In this document: positions 55,245 through 64,000 of the stretch, piece by piece
How the letters are laid out: the number at the start of each line of letters is the position of its first letter
Numbering within the stretch: the stretch's first letter is position 1
NCBI GenBank assembly: GCA_002189035.1
Contig: NEEC01000009.1
Span: 2,604,001-2,668,000, forward strand
Length of the DNA: 64,000 bases
Direction of reading: 5' to 3'
Origin: Utricularia gibba
Taxonomy: Eukaryota > Plantae > Magnoliophyta
Notes under the pieces: generated by a model
The model's database searches: none
The model's input: only the letters and a program-made list of their open reading frames with translations
Told to the model about the DNA's origin: nothing
Translations under genes and position numbers: made by a program

Positions 55245-56266
55245 ATGGTTCTTTCGTTTGTGCTCAAGTTTCTGTACCCGCTGCCGCCGAGCATCGTGGT
55301 AACGGCGATTTCCTTCTTAAGCTTCGCGGCAATGACGAAGGGGGGGTGGATGGAGACCAAGGGGAAGCATATGCAGTACTCGAAGTTTCTCAGCAAAAAG
55401 GAGAAACCCGCACCCGCGGTGCCCAGCAGAATTGGGATGGTTGTCGGGTACACGCCGGCATTTATCGCCGGACTTTCCTCATTTTTCCTCTTCCCGATCG
55501 GAGCACTCCGATTTACTCTGCTCCGATCGGCGATCACCGCCCATTTCTTGAAGAGGATTCTTGAGGTGCGTGTCGAATACATTGGTTTATTTTATTCGAT
55601 CCAGGGTACAGTTGATTATTGCTGCCTATTTCATCACACTCTGCACGTCTCTCCAAGAAATGCTTCAGAAAATGCTGTGTGACTGCTTAAAACGCTTCTC
55701 ATGGTGGTGCTGCTCCTCATCACCGTAGAAGGCTGAGGTCGAGTTACCCATCTTGCTAACTGCTCATTCCTTTATGTGACTCCTGTATGCAGGTGCTGTT
55801 TGTGCACAAGTTCAGTGGATCGATGGAGGTGGAAGCCATGATAAACATCAGCCTAAGCTATTTCGGGTTCGTAGCGACGATGATCTACAGTCAGCTGCTG
55901 GTGGAAACACTCAAGGAGCCAGTTGTTGATCTCAAGTACACTGGAGTGGTGCTGCTGCTGGTCGGGCAGCTTGGCAACTTCTACCACCACCTTCTTCTAT
56001 CGAGGCTGCGATCGTCCAAGGGCGACTTCAAGTACAAGATCCCCAAGGGAGGCCTGTTCTCTCTGGTGATTTGCCCTCACTACCTGTTCGAGATCCTGGA
56101 GTTCTTTGGCATGTCATGCATTGCGCAGGAAGTGTTCTCACTTTCCTTCACCTTGGGATCAGCTTTTTACCTGATGGGAAGGAGCTACGCGACGCTGAAG
56201 TGGTACCGGTCCAAGTTCGAGGAATTCCCCAAGGATGTGAAGGCTCTGTTCCCTTACATTTACTAG
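55245..56266 (+). CDS. 3-oxo-5-alpha-steroid 4-dehydrogenase family protein, copy 2
   Basis: Exons 55245-55565 and 55793-56266; intact ORF; 26 of 264 residues differ from copy 1 by manual alignment. Confidence 0.88.
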
Positions 56267-56487
56267 ATTGCTGTAATGTGTGCTGCATCAGAACGAACAA
56301 ATGTATTGGTTGCTGGGAGGCAATTCAAAAACCTTCATTCAGTGCTTTCTCTGCTGAAACATAGATAGGTGACAAAGGACACTGCTAACTCCACTGTCTT
56401 AAGGAAGAAACCATTCAGGAAATACTGAGTAACCGAAGAAGAATGCTTCGAATTGTGATCACGGCACGCATCACAATAGGTGGTTGC

Positions 56488-57490
<1,003 letters not shown>

Positions 57491-57611
57491 CGTTAGTGCC
57501 GAGACTCCTAATCCGCCGCCGCGAACTTACGGTTCAATTCCGAAGGAAAGATGGAGCACCAGCGGCGGAAACCTAAGGAAGAATATCTTATATATACAAA
57601 TCCAAGATACT

Positions 57612-57692
57612 CGGCCCATTATCAGGATCCACATTTTCATTCCATGAAAGCCCGCCCATTAAAAGCCCAATTTCGTTCCGTCCAGGCCCACT
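57612..57692. promoter_or_regulatory. Cluster of site II-like motifs (RGCCCA) in the RPS18 promoter
   Basis: ggccca, gccca, agccca and ggccca within about 80 bp, 120-200 bp upstream of the ATG exon. Typical of TCP-regulated ribosomal protein promoters. Confidence 0.55.
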
Positions 57693-57996
57693 TTTGTGGT
57701 ATCATGTGAATGGCGATTTTTGTGGTATATCCATACGATTACGAATTTCAGTTTTGGTTGATCAAAGAAGAGAATGCCGAGAGCAATCTTATGATAAAAA
57801 AAAAAGGAGAAAAAGCATCCAACAATTACAAGAAACAGGCACCAAAATATAAAGTGATCCAGTGAGTACAGTACGGCAACGCATGCTCCATGGGCCAAGC
57901 TTGTAGAGCATCATCACCTTTCATCATGTAAAACTGTCGTTCTGAGCACCAGGGTTTGGTGAGCAGCATTCTTGAGCCGGGTGTATAGGTTCCGTT

Positions 57997-60151
57997 CTAC
58001 AGCATCTCCTGTGATTTCCTCACACAACGACTGACCTTCTTCCTGAACTCCTCTCTTCGTTCTCTCCAGTCCTTCTGCAGTCATTCAGCTTTCTTATGAT
58101 TCTGAAGGACATGGGCTAGCTAGAAATTCGATAATAAAGGAGTAAGAAGCTCTTCAGAACAAAACAGCAGCAGTAACTTACAGCAGCCTCGACATTCGCA
58201 GGAGATTCATCATTGGGGCTTGAAAGCATTGATATGATACTTAGGACGATACTCTCCACCTGGCAGGAAAGGTTCTCAATATTACCATATGGAATTAATG
58301 TTCAAATGTAACAAAGCTTCTATAGGTAGGTTTATGCATACAAATTTGAGTGCAGTGGTCTAAATTATGAGTAAGGACAAAAAAATAAAAGAATGTCCAA
58401 GGACAACTCTCTTGCGGATGAGGGAAAAGATAGATGCACTAGCAGGAGATACAAGGAAAAAACGCTGGTTATTATTTTAGCTTCAGTCATCCATAACAAA
58501 CAATAGTCTGGGGGATTTAGCCACGATGTTCATCAGCTACCAGACATGTATAACGCTACGAACATATTTTCAGTCATCCACTGACTTGTTTGTTTGGTAA
58601 GCCAGTGGATGATAGAAATCCTCTGCCGATGAGGTCAACTAATCTAAAATAATATATAGAAACTAAAATCCATGCAAAATCACACTAGACATCACCATCA
58701 CCCAAACATATTATCATCATAACACAAAGACAAGCTTCGATATCTCAAAAACAAAACATTATTCGATTGGGAAAATTTAAACATTAAAGGGGGGCGTTAA
58801 AGTGGCTGATCATGAGACCATCAAATCAATTGAAATACCAAAAGAATAAAAGGTATGAGGAAGGAATGAATGAATATCAGGGGGGTCCAGAAACCAAAAT
58901 AAGCAATGCATAAACCACTAATAATGTCAAAGCAAGGATCCTGAACCATACTGTGTGGACAGGCGACCATCTCTCACTAGCCAGCTCATAACCATTGGGG
59001 TCATCACCAGGTGGATGAAGAATTGAAATACAAACTTTTCCATCAACATAAACTGCACATATCAAGAGAATTTCAGGACCGCCATTAGCATGCCAAATGG
59101 GATGGAACATGAAAGGAGGACTGAAAACCATTAGGATGCCAAATCTCGGACGTGAATCTCACGGATGGTGGGCTATTTGGATAATTAGAAGGAAAACTCA
59201 TGATAGCATTGAAGAAACCTCCTTCGCTGCATCAAATGGACGAAGTGCCGTGAAAATCAAAAGAGAAGCACGTGCATAGGTATAAAGCTATAAACAAGAA
59301 TCAAGACAACAAGGAGAGAAGAACAACCAGAATTATACTAAATATAATTGGATTTCTCTTCTTGTATCCCAAACGTGAAACTATGGCAGTATTTGCAAGG
59401 GCATAACTGTTTAATCTACTCACATAAACACATGAAACCAGTCTGCCCTCATATCTACTTTAAAAAATGGGAATGATCAGTGCTTATCAACAGTTATCTT
59501 GCATTCGCTCAAAATTAGGGCTATTGACTGTAACCCATCTATCTACCCAGTGAAAAGAGATCGCACAAGTAATAGAAACAGTAAAAATCATGCTACAAGC
59601 ATCCATTTCACGAAATGGTAATTCTAGGAAAGAATAAATCCAAATTGATATGCACAACCTGCCTTGCTATGACAGTATTCGTGCAAAAAATGCACAACTC
59701 TGGGAAACCCAAATAACTCAAATGATCATTCATTGGATAAGAAACCCAATAAACGCTCGATAGACATCAACAGAAAACACAAAAAAAAGAGCACAAAGGG
59801 CGGGGTTAAAATAAAACCTCGTCCCCCCGTATACAAAGCAATTGAGAAATTACAACAAGAACTCACTACGGGGTATCTGGTGGTCCAATTATAGTGACAC
59901 TCCATTCAAACAGGTTGCTCTCATCCACTAAACCAGCCGAAAACCCATCCACCGGATTCTTGCACAGATCTGAACGCAAAGGACGCAGATCATCAACACC
60001 CATAAAATTCATCACAAGTGTCCATAAATCAATACAAATTACCCATTAATCCCGACAAAATACATCAATACATATACAAAAAAACAACATCAAAGGAAAT
60101 ACCCTTCAGCTGTTTCTGTAGCAGAAGGCTAGCTTGAGACGGTGAAGCCAT
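57997..60151 (-). CDS. Ubiquitin-conjugating enzyme E2, UBC7/13/14 (UBE2G-like) type, 6 exons
   Basis: [17 protein letters not shown]|[34 protein letters not shown]|[12 protein letters not shown]...WHPNV|[28 protein letters not shown] (catalytic Cys plus acidic loop)...CVRKSQEML*. Confidence 0.95.
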
Positions 60152-61165
60152 TTTCAGAAACCAGAACGTCGACCGAAGAGGCACCAAGCAAAAGCAACTC
60201 CTCGTGTTAAACCCACGGCAAAGACGGGTTTTATTAACCCGAAAAGAAAAGAAAATTACGAATTTAAAAAATATCGCTGTAATTCATTAAACTGATTGTG
60301 ATTAGAATAAATGCAAAGATTCATTTAAATTACGTCATCATTACCATTTAAAATAAGCATTTTGTATACCAAAAATAGTAATTTGGATTAATTCACTAAT
60401 TTATTCTAATTAAATTCCTATGTGACCCATTCAACTTTTGAAACAATTAAAAAAATGAATCGTCAAAAAATAATCATCCCAAGAAATATATTAATGGTGA
60501 TCACTTTTTTAAATGATCCTTTAAATTTTGATTATAAAAATATTTCATTTGGAAAAAAATTAAATCAATTAAATTTCAAGGAAATTTAAAACATTGCACC
60601 AGACTCCCCCATCATCATCAAGTGTTGAGCCAGGCACTGGACTTGGAACAAAAGGCTCACACAACACTACCATTTCTGAATCTCCATAGGAAAAGGAAAC
60701 TGGTTCCAGAACATGATGAATATATGAATTGTTTCATTGTTTCTGAAACAATTCGCATATTCTCCGATGCGATCGCAGGTTTGTTTCGCCGAGGGCTGAG
60801 GCAACATCTTGCAGGCAGCATTGCAGCAAACACATCTCGAAGGAAGCAGCAACTCCCCCATCTACAGGCATTCATGAGCACAAATGATATGGTAATACTT
60901 GGTGTATTTGTTCTGGTGCTCGTGTGCGTTTCCAGAAGAAAGGGTGTACTCACGTTGTGTGTTATGGTCCCCCGCCTGCATCACGGGCCATCCGAGATTC
61001 ATTCTAGCCGGAGGCTGGTTGAAGATAAAAGAACAGAGCAACCACACTGATCACATAATGAGTTGCATCACGGATGAGGGGAATCACCTGAGTTGGGATT
61101 CTGCTCTGCGGCTTGCAGGAGCAGCGAATCTTCGCTTTACTAGCAATGTGGATGATACTTCAATG

Positions 61166-64000
61166 CTATTCCTTGGGAAATTCGGAATTGTTTCTGTTGG
61201 AAACAATCTGCAAGGTGGTGCCTTTTACTATACATGCAGTGTATTGAGGTTGATCCTCGAATGGTTTGAGCGGAAGCACCCTTCCATCCTCCAGTTTTAC
61301 ACCATATATGAAGGGAAGCCTCAAAGAAACAAAACTGTCGGGAGGTAGGATAACAGGGCAGGGTACGCTGAACTGGAGCTTTTGTTCACGATGCTGAACG
61401 GAAGCAGGGAGACAAGACATCTGCAATCACAGATGATATATGTGAGCTTGGAACCGTAGACCATAGTCTGGTTATGAACAAAAAGGTGTACACAAGTCGA
61501 GTATAGCATGTAAGAAAATGGATATCGAATTTTAACAACTAAACAATATATGCACCTCAAATTGTATCACGGGGGCCAAAGCTAGCACATGAGGATATGA
61601 AGGAGTCACCTGAATTTAAAAATAGATCTCAGCAATCTTTTAATGATGAGGGGCATTTTCATGCCAGTGTAAGAAATAGTAGAAAACAGAGCAGTAAGAT
61701 TAAAAATGCCAGTTTCCTGTAAGGTATATCAGGGAAGTTTTTGGCATTTGACAAATGAAATCGATTACTAAGAAAGAACAAGAAACTCTTTGATCATCAT
61801 CTATTGGTAAATCCTTATCGGCAAATCATGAGAACAAAAGATTAAGAGTATACCACGAAAACTCTTTGAAGTTGTGAAGTAGTGCCTGCAAATCTGTGAT
61901 TTGATGTGCTGCTAGGTGGTGATGAGTTGCTACAATGCGGGCAGTTCATATAGAGTGGCAAACTTCTATTCAGAAGGGGTAAAGCTTGTCCGGCACCATC
62001 AAAGGCATGCTTTGTGACAAGATCACTGTCACAGTTCCCATTTTTTATTTTGTGATCGTGATGGACACCTCTGCCTGCTGATGGTACGGAATTATTATAT
62101 GATGTCCCAGTATTGGATACCTTCGGTTTTAGTTTACCACGTTTCTTTGTCTTGCTGCTCCCCATAGCAACGCCATTTGTATGCCCATGAATTTTGTCCA
62201 TCTTAAATGATTCCGTTTCTTCGACACCCTCAGCAAACGAAGCAAAATTATCATCTTCAGGCAACCAATATGGTGAGCCAAGCTCCTTAAGGTGGCCCAT
62301 GGTCAATATGAACCTGTGGCCTTGAGGACACTCATGTTCAAATCCAACATATATGGAATCATGCTCCATTGAAATGTTCCTGGTCATTTTATCAACACCA
62401 TTCATATTTGCAGGCGAAAATTTGTTGCTAATGCCGGTTTCTTGCCATGCTCTGTCAACCACAGTGGCCCTTTCGAATTTCCCAGAGCCTTGATTAGGAG
62501 TGCTGCTGCTATGTTTCTCCATAACAAAAACTTGTGCACCCTGCAGCCCTACACCTTCTTTGCTGGCACCTACAGGAGACTTCCTATCCAAGAGTATACG
62601 AAATGCTGAATTTGAAGCCGCAGGTCCAGCAACTACTTCAGCAAATGGTTTCCTCATTGTAAAGTTAGATACCGCCTTGGTGACAGAACCATCATTACTA
62701 GTCTTTTGATTGATATCAGAGATCCTAAGCTTTCTTCCTAAGGCATCATCCACTGCACCAGCACCTACAGGAGCAGCATCAAATGAACGTGACCCCACAT
62801 CATCAACAATTTCAACTTTGCTCATGGTGTCCCTTTCCATGCAGGGTTGCTGGGACGCAAATTTTGGTGAATGACTTGATTCATTAAGCTTCCCAAGATT
62901 CAGAGTCCAACATTGAAGAAAATTCTGATTTTGACAAAAGCCGCTCTGCAGCAACCCCTTGGATGGTTTGTAGTACTTTGCACTACCAATACGAACTAAA
63001 CTCCATGGCAGTGGTTGTACATGCCCATCACATTTGGGCTCCGGCATTTGAATGGACGACAGAAATTGATCACATTCTGAAAATACACTGTATGTAACAT
63101 TTGCATTTTCGAAATCGAAGGGGTCAGGTCTCAGTTGTCTGGAACGACCACAAGCGCATGCATGGAGATACATGTATCCACTTGAATGAGGATTTCCTCC
63201 ATCATCAGGGGTATTATGCCTCTGATGGATGCAAGGTTTGTCAGTCAGACTGACTGCATCGCATAGCTGCCTTCCAGAAGTCCAAATAGAAGTACATTCA
63301 TCCTGCAATTTTGTAAGAAAAAGAGGCACAGATGGCCCCTTTACTATGGAGGAAAACGCATATAAGGCCCTCTTTAAATGCTCTTCATGTTGAGGACTAG
63401 GATAGAATGGGGAAGGTTATCCAAATAGACCTCCCTGGCAAGTGGATAAGACTTTTCACACCACCAAGTCGAAAATCTGGTGCTCAGCCCACTGCATTTC
63501 TTCATATGGGATATAGCCAATTCGTATGGTTCAGAAGATCCCAAACTTTCCCTTGATGCTAACACAAAACCTTCTTTCCCTGCCTTGCTAGATTCAACAG
63601 AACAAGATAAATCAGAATTGGATGACAATATTCTTTGCAAGATAACAAGAGAATAAGATGACCACGTATCAAAAGTGGGAAGGTCAGGATTAGTCACAAC
63701 GTTTCCAGATGAAGCTGGCATAGAAGGCACTGCAGAGGCTGAGGCAGCAGCGGCAGCAGCAGCAGCTACTATGCCACCACCCAGAGCAGAGGTTGTGCTG
63801 CTACTAGTAACCAAACCACCTTTGCCTCTCAAAAGACCAGACTGCCGTAAGATGAAATCCTTAATAGAGGCAACATCCTCTTTGTTAGTATTCTGTAGAT
63901 GGCTTCCAGTCAAAAGAGACTCCAGTGTTGTTTTTCCCTTCAATACTTCATCAACCAGGTGAACTGTAAAGTCAAGAGCTTCACCACTTTGAATTGAAAA
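61166..64000 (-). CDS. SMG8-like nonsense-mediated decay factor, 3' part (5' end outside window), with an apparent frameshift at 63409-63412
   Basis: DECTSIWTSGRQLCDAVSLTDKPCIHQRH...HSSG...ACACGRSRQLRPDPFDFENAN resembles the SMG8 motif W..GRQLCE..SLT...C.H...CNCGR....DPFD...AN. Also GFEHECPQGHRF and PLYMNCPHC. Last exons VTPSYPH... and MSCLP...SEFPKE*. Confidence 0.8.

Larger units (their letters stand above)
50645..56446 (+). repeat. Tandem segmental duplication: unit 1 50645-52852, unit 2 52999-56446 (unit 2 enlarged by a 934-bp and a 280-bp segment)
   Basis: Near-identical OMP24 intron end, exon 2, spacer, reductase gene and 3' flank are visible in both units. Confidence 0.95.

Overview
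Gene-dense plant (eudicot-like) nuclear DNA with about 17 protein-coding loci, one MIR gene and one clear pseudogene. In order: GIP1-like/DUF1296 (-), tandem CCCH zinc-finger (+), cyclin H (+), DnaJ-DUF3444 (-), SLP2 phosphatase (-), CNGC15-like channel (-), MIR172 hairpin (-, missed by the ORF track), an At5g62270-like acidic/basic organellar protein (+), organellar lysyl-tRNA synthetase (-), DEK1 calpain (+), a nonsense-riddled pseudogene (-), AEF1/MPR25-like PPR (+), SVR1 pseudouridine synthase (+), OMP24-like protein (+), two tandem steroid-5-alpha-reductase-family genes (+), RPS18 (-), UBC7/13/14-type E2 (-), and the 3' part of an SMG8-like gene (-). Main observations: (1) a tandem duplication whose junction is an inverted piece of the neighbouring RPS18 gene joined by microhomologies (template-switch signature), later hit by a 934-bp solo LTR whose empty site survives in the other copy; (2) a pseudogene with several in-frame stops; (3) MIR172 with a candidate miPEP; (4) six -1 frameshifts, all in G/C homopolymers, most likely assembly errors. 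Family names come from recalled motif and sequence similarity, not database searches. No wholly new biological system is supported by the sequence alone.
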